From an uncultured delta proteobacterium (GTDB lineage Bacteria > Desulfobacterota > Binatia > Binatales > Binataceae), in contig CAVQEQ010000003.1 in assembly GCA_963711565.1 (NCBI GenBank), positions 960,001 to 1,024,000 of the forward strand: a DNA stretch of 64,000 bases. Reading direction: 5' to 3'. Positions 20,722 through 30,989 of the stretch are shown in pieces. Within the stretch, counting starts at the first letter, position 1. The number at the start of each line of letters is the position of its first letter. A program made the position numbers and the translations under genes. The notes beneath the pieces were generated by a model. The model was not told where the DNA came from and searched no databases. It was given only the letters and a program-made list of their open reading frames with translations.

Positions 20722-21015
20722 CTACTCCTGGAACACGTTGATTTCCAGTTGCGCGTACGCCTGTTGGCGCAGCGGTATTACCTTTTGGTAAGCCGGATCG
20801 TTGTGCCAGGCGCGCGCGGACTCGGCGTCTGGAAAGCGAAGTATGGCACCCACTGTCCACTTATGTTGTCCTACGAAGTTATCTGTCCCCGTTCCCCGAG
20901 CTACTACCTGGCCTTCGTGCTTTTGGATGACCGGCATCGCCACAGCTTGATACTGCTTCAGAATCTCGGAACGCTCCGGATGCAGGATTCCTTGGACGAC
21001 TACGAGAACACTCAT
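20722..21015 (-). CDS. DUF1330-family protein
   Basis: ILRFPDAESARAWHNDPAYQKVIPLR signature. Confidence 0.85.
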   Translation of the reverse strand: MSVLVVVQGILHPERSEILKQYQAVAMPVIQKHEGQVVARGTGTDNFVGQHKWTVGAILRFPDAESARAWHNDPAYQKVIPLRQQAYAQLEINVFQE

Positions 21016-21081
21016 GACTTAACTCCATTTGCCATCGTCTATCCTACGACCGAACAATTGCGACACTGCGTGAACTTCCGC

Positions 21082-23568
21082 TCATCCTTCGGTTCCGCTA
21101 TGGACAGTTATTCGTTCGGGAATGCTTGCTTCATTTGTGCTGCCCGTAACTACTTGTTCACCAAACCAAGCCCATAGAATTGGCGAAAGGACCGCGCTCA
21201 TCAGAAAGCACCAAAAAAGAACCAAACCCATTCCAAAGCCCACATATCCGATATACAAAGGCACTGGAATAAGCGCCCAACAACCCAAGATTAGAGCTCC
21301 ATTAGACACGAGGAGCGCTCTGCGGATCTTGACGTATCCTTGGATTAAAGCCTCGCGAAAGTTCCTTACCTTCGCATACTCCTCGCGGACGCGAAACAGC
21401 AGATACACCTCTGAGTCGATTCCCACTCCACTGGCTATTGCCAGGGCTGCAATAGCGTTGGAATTGATTTCGATTCCTAGCAGATACATAAACGCGACTG
21501 ATATTATGGTGCCCATGATAAGCGGCACAGTAAGTATCAACGAGAGTCTGATCGATCCTATAAATGGTATCGCCAAAATCGCAGTTCCGAGAAACCCGAG
21601 CAAAGCGCCAACCAACAACCAATAGCCGATGTTGTCATTAAAGGCTTGCGCGATGCCGACAGATCCTCCAGCAACACCTACAGTCACCGGCAGTCCTTCA
21701 AAGAGCGTGCCGGCCTTTTCCTGGGTTGCCGACAACAGTCGCTTGACCGCGCCGGGCTCGGTGGTCGCCACGTAAGCAATTATCACGGTCTGCCTCAAAT
21801 CGTTGGTGAACAGCCACAAGTAGGCGCCGGGCGCGTGATCTGCGAGATCAAGCACCTCAAGACCGAGCTCGCTTTTCGTGTCCGGAATCTTGAAATACTG
21901 TTGATCGTCTCCATGCAAAAACGAGTTGCTGAGTTTCAACGGATAGGCCACATCGGCGACGCTGCCCACTCCCGGTTGTTCGCGTATAAAACGCGCTAGC
22001 TCGTCGACGGCTCGAAGTACAGCCGGCTGCTCGAGGACTTTCCCCGCGGCCGACTTACCCTCGATATACACGGTCATAGGATAGACGCCACCGAACCGCG
22101 TCACGATTCCCCGCTCCATCTGAAAGATCGGGCTTCGCAGCCACGACCGCGTCAGATAGTTGTGGATCGCGTAAGTATTGTTCTGACCGATCGGGGCATG
22201 AAGGTCCACTTCGAACGCTGTTGCGGTGATAACCACGGAGGCCAGAACGAGGGCTACACTTACGCGCCGCGAATCCAGAACTCTATGAATGAGCGTCGCC
22301 AGCGATGAGTCCAGGCGCGGCACGCCGGCGCTCTGCTGTTGTACACGGCCGCCGACCTCTTGAAGTTCGCTCAAGGCGACGTAGCTGAGGGCAGGAATCA
22401 TCAGAAGGAATTCATCGACGGTGAGCGAGAGCAAGCCAAGACTGGTCACTATTCCCAACATTCGAACGTTATCGAATGGAATCGCTGCCATTACAAGAAA
22501 AGGAACGACGTCACAAAGCAAAGACACAAGCATCGGGCGGAGGCGCGATACAAAGGTACTTACGATTGCATCGTCAACCTTCTTCAGGCGCGGATACTCT
22601 TCGTAAAAGAAACGCGTAAGAAACTGAACCGAGTGACACGCCCCCGCCGCGACTATGATGAAGGGTGCAAGGAGCGCGGATGCGGAATAGATGGTCGCGC
22701 CGAAACACAGGCGATACAATCCAAATCCCATCAGCACGCCGAGGAAGGACACTCGGAGAGGCAAGACCACGGCACTATAGGTACGAAAGCCGTACCATAG
22801 CACCACCCCTATAATTACTACGAAAAAGCCGAACGCACCGAAAATGTATAAAAGGCCGGTGCTATTCACCCAGCCAATAATGATAGGAGTCCCCGCCGTG
22901 CGGAGTTCGAGTCCAGGGCTTTGATGTTTTTTAAGTATCTCATTTACGGCGTGATAGATCTCAACCGGATCTGTTGTATCAACTTTCACCAATGCGTGCG
23001 CCGACACCTCGGTGCGAAAATCGGCCAAGATCAATGCGGCCTTGCCATCCTTGGAAACCAGCACTCCGTTCAACATCGGATTGTCGGTCACCGCCGCTTT
23101 AATTGGAAGCACATCTTTATCATTCTGAAGGGTATCGGGCATGATAGGGGAGACGGACATCGTTTCGTCCGGAGTGCCCTTATTCAGGAACGCATATGAC
23201 TCACTGCTAAGGGTAGAAACCGAGCGAATCGCATACGGTATGACGCCGGGTACCAGAAAGAGATCGTCCGTGATCGCCTTAATAGTGTTCAGATGAGACT
23301 TAGTGTAAATGGTTCCATCTGTGGCGAGTACTTCGATACTTACGGAGTTGCCTCCGCCGAAGGAGGACATAATCTGCTCGTTGAGCCGAACGTATGGATC
23401 ATTGCGCGGAGGCCACGCATTGGGATCATCGCGTAACCGAAGACCAAACAGCGCCCAAATACATAGCGAAGCGATCACAACCTGGAGTATAACACCTATC
23501 CTGCGGCGTCGGATGAAAAAGCGCGCCATCCGCTCCAGTTTGCGATCCAATCCCGTGTACTGTTCCAT
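21082..23568 (-). CDS. MMPL/RND-family membrane transporter
   Basis: Two repeats of TM, periplasmic loop and TM bundle; GVGIDSEVYLLFR. Confidence 0.88.
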   Translation of the reverse strand: MEQYTGLDRKLERMARFFIRRRRIGVILQVVIASLCIWALFGLRLRDDPNAWPPRNDPYVRLNEQIMSSFGGGNSVSIEVLATDGTIYTKSHLNTIKAITDDLFLVPGVIPYAIRSVSTLSSESYAFLNKGTPDETMSVSPIMPDTLQNDKDVLPIKAAVTDNPMLNGVLVSKDGKAALILADFRTEVSAHALVKVDTTDPVEIYHAVNEILKKHQSPGLELRTAGTPIIIGWVNSTGLLYIFGAFGFFVVIIGVVLWYGFRTYSAVVLPLRVSFLGVLMGFGLYRLCFGATIYSASALLAPFIIVAAGACHSVQFLTRFFYEEYPRLKKVDDAIVSTFVSRLRPMLVSLLCDVVPFLVMAAIPFDNVRMLGIVTSLGLLSLTVDEFLLMIPALSYVALSELQEVGGRVQQQSAGVPRLDSSLATLIHRVLDSRRVSVALVLASVVITATAFEVDLHAPIGQNNTYAIHNYLTRSWLRSPIFQMERGIVTRFGGVYPMTVYIEGKSAAGKVLEQPAVLRAVDELARFIREQPGVGSVADVAYPLKLSNSFLHGDDQQYFKIPDTKSELGLEVLDLADHAPGAYLWLFTNDLRQTVIIAYVATTEPGAVKRLLSATQEKAGTLFEGLPVTVGVAGGSVGIAQAFNDNIGYWLLVGALLGFLGTAILAIPFIGSIRLSLILTVPLIMGTIISVAFMYLLGIEINSNAIAALAIASGVGIDSEVYLLFRVREEYAKVRNFREALIQGYVKIRRALLVSNGALILGCWALIPVPLYIGYVGFGMGLVLFWCFLMSAVLSPILWAWFGEQVVTGSTNEASIPERITVHSGTEG

Positions 23569-23640
23569 CGGCCTTCCTTGGACACACGCCTCCCTCGAAG
23601 CCTAATCGCTCCGGTTCTACGCGGGATGCGGCTCACTAAA

Positions 23641-24693
23641 TCAATTGCGAAACTCGGGCATCACATGCTCAGCAAACAGACGTATTGAGTCCATGAGTTT
23701 TTCATGCGGCATGCCATCCATTCGGATAATAATTTCGTCTGCCCCGGCCTGCTCGTACAGCTTGAGTTTCTTAATACAAGTATCCGGATCTCCAACTACG
23801 ACCGTCGCGCTGTCGCATAAGGCGTCGAAATCGATTCCGCTTTTGGCCGGTGCAATTTGCTGCGCCATGTATTGATAGGACTTCTCTTTGGTCGCCGCCA
23901 GTTCCTCGTAGATCCGCAGCGCTTCAGTCGAGAACTCGAGTATCGGCCCCTTCGCGAGACTCTTGGCGTATTCGGTCGTCTCGGCGCAGAAACCCAGCGT
24001 TAGCATGGCGGCCTGGTCGTTGACGTATCCGCCTACCGGCTTGGCGTGTTTCACGGTTCGTTTGTAGAGCTCTACATGCTTTTGAGTTACTTCCGGAGGA
24101 GCAAAATCGAAGCAGAATGCACCGATGCCTTTCTGCCCGGCCAGCTCGTAAACTTCTGGACTGGTGGCCGCGGTCCAGATTGGCGGATGCGGCTTCTGAA
24201 CCGGTTTCGGATTAACCGACGTAGGAGGAATCTTGTAGTCCTTACTCTCCCAGGAGAACGTGTCTTGCATCCACATCTTTGGGATCATATCCAGTTGTTC
24301 TTCCCATTGATGGCGCGTCTCCTCGACCGGCACTTCAAACGCCCGGAAGGTACCCAGCTTATTCCCTCGTCCGGTGCCAAAATCGATACGGCCATTACTC
24401 ATGATATCCAACATCGCTATTCGCTCGGCAACTTTGAGCGGATGGTTTATGTTTTTGATGAGCAACACGATCCCGTGACGTAGGCGAATCCGTTTGGTAC
24501 GCATCGCGGCGGCCGCGAGAAATATCTCAGGCGCAGAGGTCGTATATTCGCGCGGCGTAAAATGCTGCTCAGACAGGCTATAGGAATCCCATCCCAGCTG
24601 GTCCGCCAGTTCCACCTCTCGCATCATCTGCCAGTAGCGATTGTAGTAATCGCGAGTCATGGTCTGGCATTCCTGGGTCAATGAAAACTTCAT
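23641..24693 (-). CDS. Luciferase-like flavin monooxygenase (LLM)
   Basis: SEQHF, AERIAMLDIMSNGRIDFGTGRG, PKPVQKPHPP. Confidence 0.93.
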   Translation of the reverse strand: MKFSLTQECQTMTRDYYNRYWQMMREVELADQLGWDSYSLSEQHFTPREYTTSAPEIFLAAAAMRTKRIRLRHGIVLLIKNINHPLKVAERIAMLDIMSNGRIDFGTGRGNKLGTFRAFEVPVEETRHQWEEQLDMIPKMWMQDTFSWESKDYKIPPTSVNPKPVQKPHPPIWTAATSPEVYELAGQKGIGAFCFDFAPPEVTQKHVELYKRTVKHAKPVGGYVNDQAAMLTLGFCAETTEYAKSLAKGPILEFSTEALRIYEELAATKEKSYQYMAQQIAPAKSGIDFDALCDSATVVVGDPDTCIKKLKLYEQAGADEIIIRMDGMPHEKLMDSIRLFAEHVMPEFRN

Positions 24694-24776
24694 TTATTCT
24701 GCCTCTCTATTAGGGTCGCGATCGAGTAACTGCTTCGCGAACACCCGCCTGGTCCTCAACGGCCGACACTGGAGTG

Positions 24777-26060
24777 CTAGTGAGACAGCCAGTCTACGAG
24801 CGTCATCGGTTGCGCTGCCAGAGTTGTTTCCGAATAGATACTTGGCGAGGTGTCAGCATTAAACCCGCCCTGCTGTATCCAACCATCCATGACAAACCCA
24901 CCTTCGAGATCAACCACACAAGCAACGCCCCACATCTGCCACCATCGGGGAGCGTTATTCGGACCGTTCGGGCCACCGACGTGAACGTTCTCGTTGGCGC
25001 CAGTCATTGGAAGATGGGTGAAGTAGCGAATCATCTTTCCATTCGCGTCGTACTCCTCGGTATAGTAGGTGCACATGCCGATAAGACCCACGTATTCGAT
25101 TCGCTTGGCGTACCACCAGCTGATGCCGGGCTTCGGAGTGACTTCCATCATGGCGACAACGTCTCCCGCGCCACTAACTCTTTTTACGTTGGCTGGAATG
25201 CCTTCGTTATTGAAACCGCGCAGCTTGTCCGAAGGATCCCACAGCTTGAAGCCCGTAATCTTGTAGTCGAGCTGCGGAAGAGCTCCAGAATAACTGACGT
25301 CTTCGTAACGGTAGATCGATCCAGGAAAGTACTGTTTAGCGACCGCACCAGCCAATCGGCGCGTGCGCCGGACTGTCGGCAGGTAAAGCGTGTCCTCGGG
25401 AACCAACGCCGGATCGTTGTATACCGTGGTAACACCACCTTCTCCGCGCAGCTCTTCGGGAGCGGTGAGCTCCCACATGTACTTCCGTTGTACGTCGTGA
25501 TCGGTGGAGGCTAGATATTGTTTACCATTGCCATTTACAAATGAGGTGTAGTGCTCGAGAGTTAGACTCGAAGTCCGAATTGAGCCATCCGGAAGGTGAA
25601 CGATAATTGGAGAGATATCCCATCCATTGTTATAATATGGTCCATAATAGCTGAAGGTGAGACCACGATCAGGAATCTCTGAGACCGGAATCTTGTCTCT
25701 CTCCGCGACCGGTACCTCAAAAGGAAACGGCAGTCCTGGCGTGGCCCACTGCGCAATGAATGCGGGACCTAGCTTCTGCTGGCGATCCTCCATCCAGGGC
25801 TGAGCCTTCCACACCATCGATTGATCTCCCCACTTCACCACCCAGGTTCCCGGAGACTCTCCGGGAGTCACGCTATAGGGCTTGCCGGCTATTACCTTTG
25901 GTATGGGCGGTACGTCCGGGACTTGAGCCGAGCTGTCAGCAAGCGCACCGCCGACCGTCCATTTCATCGAGAGAAACAGCGCGACGGTCGCGGCCACGAT
26001 TGCGAGAAGGAACGCGCAGGCCGTCGTCCGGTTGGCCTGACCTTTATCATAGTGCCTCAT
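24777..26060 (-). CDS. DUF1329-like periplasmic (LolA-like) protein
   Basis: Signal sequence; APEELRGEG...YLPTVRRTRRL motif; position between DUF1302-like and RND genes. Confidence 0.75.
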   Translation of the reverse strand: MRHYDKGQANRTTACAFLLAIVAATVALFLSMKWTVGGALADSSAQVPDVPPIPKVIAGKPYSVTPGESPGTWVVKWGDQSMVWKAQPWMEDRQQKLGPAFIAQWATPGLPFPFEVPVAERDKIPVSEIPDRGLTFSYYGPYYNNGWDISPIIVHLPDGSIRTSSLTLEHYTSFVNGNGKQYLASTDHDVQRKYMWELTAPEELRGEGGVTTVYNDPALVPEDTLYLPTVRRTRRLAGAVAKQYFPGSIYRYEDVSYSGALPQLDYKITGFKLWDPSDKLRGFNNEGIPANVKRVSGAGDVVAMMEVTPKPGISWWYAKRIEYVGLIGMCTYYTEEYDANGKMIRYFTHLPMTGANENVHVGGPNGPNNAPRWWQMWGVACVVDLEGGFVMDGWIQQGGFNADTSPSIYSETTLAAQPMTLVDWLSH

Positions 26061-26127
26061 AAACCTCTCTCCGATCGTATAGGGAATCTCTTAGGGTCAT
26101 TTTCGCGGCATTGAGCTCATCAACGAC

Positions 26128-27705
26128 CTACAACAAAGTCTGATGTAGCTCGAAGAATACGTTGGTTGTGTTAGTGAATTCTCCATAGGGCGTTTGCTTC
26201 CCGCCCGCATAGATGTTGAAGCCCAAACCTAAGGTGGTCCTATCGCTAATTCGATAACCGACATGCGGCTGGAGCCACCAATCATGGAACTGCCACTCGT
26301 ACACCGCAGACAACGAAGTATCCAGCACGTCTCCCGTCATCGAAGTCTTGTCCATATAGAGCGTCGACAGACTCTCATACATGCCGCGCAGACCTGAATG
26401 ACTGCCTTGGTAACCTAGACCCTGGAACATGTCCTCGTTACCGCCACACGCGCATTCGTTATTACGATGTAGGACCCAGTCTTGCCAATACTGAAAACTG
26501 AAGAACACCGGCCGCTCCAGGTAGTCGCCGAGGATCTCCCGATCAACACCACCCAAAATTCCCCAGTGCGTCACGTCGACTGGATTGCCCAGGTTGCCTT
26601 CATAGTACACATCGCCAACAGTTACCGCCGACTCGGCTCTAAGAACGGTTCCATCGATCCACGGATTTCCGGTGTTGAACTCATAATCCGCGGAACCGCC
26701 CGCGACCTGCATGCGATGAGGACGCAGACTGACCCCCGTCGCCGTCGCATAGGTCCCGGTGTTCGGGTAATAGATGTCGGTAGTGGTCCAGGTATAAAGA
26801 TAGTTCAGAGTATAGTGTATGCTGCCGCGCTGTTCGGACCATCGAGCGCCGTACACCCAATTGTTGAGTCTGCTCGAAGGGTTATTCACGTCGGTTGGAA
26901 TTTTAAAGCCGAGAGAACCGTTTAGTTCGTTGTTGATGGCCGCTACACTTCCGTAGGTGAAATCCCCATAGGACCCGTTAATCGGATAACCGCCTTTCAT
27001 TTGAAGACCAGTGTAATAAGTGGGATAGTACTGGGGAATGAAGATTGCCTGCAGCTCGCCGCCTGGATAAGGCTGCCAGACAATATTGGCGGCCCATTCT
27101 GGAATCTTGATTTGCTGCTCGTTGAAGATCTGCGGATTGATCAGATTGAAGTTGTTTATTATGTCCAGCATGTACACGCCGTCTGATTTGCCCCAGGCGA
27201 TAATCTGACGGCCGAGACGAATGAAAAAGTGCTTAGGATGAAGGTCGACGTAATACTCTCTGAACAACGGCTGGTAATTGTCCTGCATGCTACCGCTGAC
27301 GTTGGTCGCCAGCGACGAAAGATATGAATGGTAAGTCCCTTGACCGAAGCCGGTGGCATCGTAAGTCGAGTCATAGGTAGGACGCATTTCCAGATGCCAA
27401 TGTATCGGAAACCCAACCATTTCCGATAACTTCTGCGGGTTGCCGTCAACCAGAGCCAGGAGCTGATTATTCTGAAACAAAAGATTGTCCGGATGCCTCG
27501 TAAAAAAAGTCTCAGTATTCGCGTCGAATACAGTACGTCTTTGGTCCGGCAGATTCACATAGGCTGAAACAAACAACGTGAGGCACGTGGTTATTCCGTA
27601 TGTGTCAAAGGTCTCACAGGCCTCCGCTACTCTGCTGGATAGCAAAACAAGACCGACTACGAAAAATATTCCAAGGTGCAAGAACGGTCTGCATCTGATT
27701 CGCAC
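26128..27705 (-). CDS. DUF1302-like outer-membrane beta-barrel
   Basis: REYYVD...RLGRQIIAWGKSDG...LDIIN motif; GTG start after GGAGA RBS is inferred. Confidence 0.75.
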   Translation of the reverse strand: MRIRCRPFLHLGIFFVVGLVLLSSRVAEACETFDTYGITTCLTLFVSAYVNLPDQRRTVFDANTETFFTRHPDNLLFQNNQLLALVDGNPQKLSEMVGFPIHWHLEMRPTYDSTYDATGFGQGTYHSYLSSLATNVSGSMQDNYQPLFREYYVDLHPKHFFIRLGRQIIAWGKSDGVYMLDIINNFNLINPQIFNEQQIKIPEWAANIVWQPYPGGELQAIFIPQYYPTYYTGLQMKGGYPINGSYGDFTYGSVAAINNELNGSLGFKIPTDVNNPSSRLNNWVYGARWSEQRGSIHYTLNYLYTWTTTDIYYPNTGTYATATGVSLRPHRMQVAGGSADYEFNTGNPWIDGTVLRAESAVTVGDVYYEGNLGNPVDVTHWGILGGVDREILGDYLERPVFFSFQYWQDWVLHRNNECACGGNEDMFQGLGYQGSHSGLRGMYESLSTLYMDKTSMTGDVLDTSLSAVYEWQFHDWWLQPHVGYRISDRTTLGLGFNIYAGGKQTPYGEFTNTTNVFFELHQTLL

Positions 27706-27758
27706 GTTTGTCTCCCCGTTCGGCTCTACATCTATTCTATAAATGTGATGCGCGAGCT

Positions 27759-28178
27759 CTACAGAGCCACTATGGCTTGAAGCTCGACCAGCAACTCTGG
27801 AAGAGCGAGCTGCTTTACGCGCACCACTGTCCCGCATGGTCGTCCTGTCGTAAAGAACTCTTTCTGAACTTCGACCACCACGTTGAAATCCTCCATCAGC
27901 GGACGGTCGCTCCCCTTGTCGGCTAGAAAGCTCATCAACTGCACCACACCGTCGATGCTTCCGCCGGCGTGTTCTATCACCTGTTTCATGTTAGAGAAGG
28001 CCCCGCGCACTTGCTCCCGCAGGCCTCCTTCGACTATTTTGCCGGTCGCAGGATTCCATCCAACCTGGCCGGCTAGATAGAGCATGTTCCCCACCTTAAC
28101 GCCTTCCGCGTAACGAATGCTGTCGCAGAACGCTTTGCTGTCTGCTGGTACGATATATTCAATTTTTTGACTGGCCAT
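27759..28178 (-). CDS. Rid family protein
   Basis: LYLAGQVG, PCGTVVRVKQL...LVELQAIV. Confidence 0.9.
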   Translation of the reverse strand: MASQKIEYIVPADSKAFCDSIRYAEGVKVGNMLYLAGQVGWNPATGKIVEGGLREQVRGAFSNMKQVIEHAGGSIDGVVQLMSFLADKGSDRPLMEDFNVVVEVQKEFFTTGRPCGTVVRVKQLALPELLVELQAIVAL

Positions 28179-28217
28179 TTTCCTGGTTCCCTTGAGACAG
28201 GTTTGCTTCGACCCGTG

Positions 28218-28712
28218 TCACTTGATTGTCAGATCGACAAAGAACGACCACTTCCCAGCCTTGTCCGCCGCCGCCAGGAGCTGACGCGATTCGTGGTAAT
28301 GCACTATCGCCCATCCCTGCTTACCCTTTCGAACCCCAATGGAACACCTTATTTTGCCGATTATTTTCTCAGGCATGACCGTGGTGGTAAGTTCGGTCAT
28401 CACCTCCGTCCAGATTATCGCGGCCGTAGGCGAGAGGAAGGAAACCGACTTCGCCATCTCGGTCCAGTCGGTTACCGATGCCAGTAGGTTGTGAGCATTG
28501 TGCCAGTATGCCTCGATGTCTTTGTAAGTGAGGAGCCCGCTGGGAATCTCTTCGGCCGTATATAGCATCCCGTCGAACTCTTTGTCGTACAAGCTGAGCA
28601 TCAATGTCGTATCAGGAAAACTTAACCAAGCTTTGCGCCAGCGGCTGTACAGATCGTTGACCGCCGCAAGCTCCTTCTGCTTATCGAATCCCGCATCACT
28701 TGACTCTGACAT
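28218..28712 (-). CDS. NTF2/SnoaL-like protein
   Basis: C-terminal WAIVHYHES motif. Confidence 0.8.
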   Translation of the reverse strand: MSESSDAGFDKQKELAAVNDLYSRWRKAWLSFPDTTLMLSLYDKEFDGMLYTAEEIPSGLLTYKDIEAYWHNAHNLLASVTDWTEMAKSVSFLSPTAAIIWTEVMTELTTTVMPEKIIGKIRCSIGVRKGKQGWAIVHYHESRQLLAAADKAGKWSFFVDLTIK

Positions 28713-28783
28713 TGTCCTACTCCTTGTTTCACTCGATCGAACCGCGTCGAAAAGGTTCTAGAGAGTTAACCACCCGAACCGGG

Positions 28784-29884
28784 CTAGGGAACCGGCGTAT
28801 ATTCGCTGTTCTGTATAACGGTGCTCGGCGTCTTGAACCTGGGGATAACGTATTTCCCGATCAACTCGATCGCCCTGCTTATTTCCTCGTGGTTTCCGTC
28901 GAGCCGGAAGACTACTTCGTCCGCGCCAAGCGCCTTGTAGGTTTCACAGCGCTTGATAAAAACCTCCGGCTCGCCGGCGATGCACGACGTCTCGTTCACC
29001 ATCCAATCCAGGTCTCGGGCCTTGCTCCGGATTTTCTCCATCTGCAGGGTATATCCGTAGCTATCCGACCTTTGGCCCAATTGCGGGTAGAGATCCTCAA
29101 TCACGGGAGTAACGAATCGCGGGAACGCCTGTTTCGCAACCTTCATCGCGTCCTTCGTCGATTCGGCGCAGACAGAGTTCAGTACTACTGCGGAGAAGCA
29201 GTTGTTGATGAACCCGCCAACCGGCTTCGCGGTCTTGATGCCCTCCCGATATACGTCGTAGCACTTCTTTACGTAGTCGGGTCCGAAATATAGATCCCAG
29301 GAGAGAACCCCGATTCCTTTTGATGCGCCGACCGCGTGGGACTCGGGCGACTGGGCTACCATGCATACAGGTGGATGCGGCACCTGGACCCCTTTGGGTG
29401 ACAGCGACCGCGGCGGAATCTTGAAATACCTGCCCTCGTGAGAAAACGGATCGTTCAGGAACGCCTTCATCACGATCTCGAGGCCTTCTTCCCAGCGTGC
29501 GCGAGTTTCATCGAGCGGACAGTTGAATCCGTCGAGCGCAAGCAGCGTATTCGCGCGCCCCGTTCCGAGTTCCGCGCGGCCATTGGAAACAATGTCCAAC
29601 GTCGCAAGCCGTTCCGCGACCCTGATCGGATTATTGAAAGGAAACGGCAGTAGGACGACCATGTGCCTGAGTTTGATTTTATTCGTCTTCGCGGCGATGA
29701 ATGGATAGAAAGTTTCCGGAGCGGATACGCAAGCTACCGGACTGATGAAATGCTGTTCAGAGGTTCCAAAAAAATCCCAACCCATTTCTTCTGCCAGGAT
29801 TACCTCATCCACTACTTCCATGTAGCGACGATAGTGCGTTGTGCCTGGAGCAGTTTCTGCCTCGGAAAGAAGACCAAATTTCAT
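28784..29884 (-). CDS. Luciferase-like flavin monooxygenase (LLM)
   Basis: SEQHF, AERLATLDIVSNGRAELGTGR. Confidence 0.93.
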   Translation of the reverse strand: MKFGLLSEAETAPGTTHYRRYMEVVDEVILAEEMGWDFFGTSEQHFISPVACVSAPETFYPFIAAKTNKIKLRHMVVLLPFPFNNPIRVAERLATLDIVSNGRAELGTGRANTLLALDGFNCPLDETRARWEEGLEIVMKAFLNDPFSHEGRYFKIPPRSLSPKGVQVPHPPVCMVAQSPESHAVGASKGIGVLSWDLYFGPDYVKKCYDVYREGIKTAKPVGGFINNCFSAVVLNSVCAESTKDAMKVAKQAFPRFVTPVIEDLYPQLGQRSDSYGYTLQMEKIRSKARDLDWMVNETSCIAGEPEVFIKRCETYKALGADEVVFRLDGNHEEISRAIELIGKYVIPRFKTPSTVIQNSEYTPVP

Positions 29885-29976
29885 GTGTTTTTCATCTCCC
29901 TCGAAATTAGACCCTGTTTGAATCCTCGTAATATCTTAGGACCGATTTCTTTGCGGCTTCTGAACTTCAACTCCGC

Positions 29977-30435
29977 TTACCCGGGGTCCGGCTCATCGAG
30001 GCGTAACTCCTCAGGTGTTGGCATGCTCTGCAACGATTCGTGGTAGTGAATTATCTTCCATGCGCCGTCGACTTTCCGGACAACGAAGGTTTGCCTGACA
30101 TTTCCGCTGTATGCGTCCGGAAGGTTGTGCACCACCATCGTGAAATCGTTAGTGCTGTAAGCGTAGCCAAAATCTCCGAAGACACTGACCCAAAGGCCGC
30201 TTCGATCCCATTTGGTGACTCGTACTATGAGTTTGGTCAGCACTTCGCGGTAGTAGTGCTTGATGTGCAACCAGCTCGTTAGCGGCTTGGGAAATTCCTC
30301 GGCTTGATACACCAAGCCGTCGTAGGTTGAGTCCCAACAGTCACGCAAAGTATTGAAGTCCTTCACCTTGAAGGCACTTATCCAACGATCCAGTAGCGAG
30401 GTAATTTCCTTCTTAGCTTGATTGATGTCGCTCAT
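29977..30435 (-). CDS. NTF2/SnoaL-like protein
   Basis: WKIIHYHES motif; paralogous to 28218-28712 (shared YxAEE). Confidence 0.8.
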   Translation of the reverse strand: MSDINQAKKEITSLLDRWISAFKVKDFNTLRDCWDSTYDGLVYQAEEFPKPLTSWLHIKHYYREVLTKLIVRVTKWDRSGLWVSVFGDFGYAYSTNDFTMVVHNLPDAYSGNVRQTFVVRKVDGAWKIIHYHESLQSMPTPEELRLDEPDPG

Positions 30436-30782
30436 TGAATTGCCTCTACCCCGCTGAGCAGGCTTTCGGTGTATTCCTCCGCGGTGATGGTTTTACCGAC
30501 GTAGTTCACTTGGTCGAAATATACGTTCCAACCGAGCCGCTCGAGTCGCTCCGACAACTCGATCACCAGATCCATGCTGGGCATCTGCCAATAGGCGAAG
30601 ACGTCCCATCCGCCCTCGGAGAGAGCTCGACAGCGATGGATTCCCAGCAGCTTCGCGCCCTTATCGAACATGGTTTGGAGCACGGCCTGCGCTCTCAGAT
30701 GAAATTCGTGCTTATGAGCTTGAGTCAGCTCATGCCATCCGGGTCGTGGCCTCCAGATCTCGACCAAGCTGAATGTCGCCAT
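30432..30782 (-). CDS. Small alpha+beta barrel protein (DUF6616-like)
   Basis: VEIWRPRPGW...AYWQMP...GWNVYFDQVN; GAGGAAAGG RBS; ATGA overlap with the next gene. Confidence 0.55.
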   Translation of the reverse strand: MATFSLVEIWRPRPGWHELTQAHKHEFHLRAQAVLQTMFDKGAKLLGIHRCRALSEGGWDVFAYWQMPSMDLVIELSERLERLGWNVYFDQVNYVGKTITAEEYTESLLSGVEAIQ

Positions 30783-30838
30783 GCCTTTCCTCTTTGGGCT
30801 TTCCGCGAAGCGCCAAGTTGGTGAGTCGACATTGCCAG

Positions 30839-30854
30839 AGCAATCTGCGTGCCC
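30839..30854 (-). promoter_or_regulatory. Sigma-54 -24/-12 promoter (GGGCACGCAGATTGCT)
   Basis: GG-N10-GC with near-consensus TGGCACG-N4-TTGCW, about 57 nt upstream of the first operon gene and divergent from a bEBP gene. Confidence 0.85.
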
Positions 30855-30989
30855 GGCGTGAGGCGGGAGTATCGTCCTTGGAGGCAAACCGGTTTCCTTG
30901 ACATAGAATCCAGAAGATTGCTATCGAGCAGGGAGGCGCACCTCAGAACCAGATCAATTTTGAATCAATTGTTACGGAGCAGTTGTAAT

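Noticed and set aside
16047-29884. Bioluminescence (lux) operon
   Set aside because: The LLMs are generic family members and there are no luxC, luxD or luxE genes.
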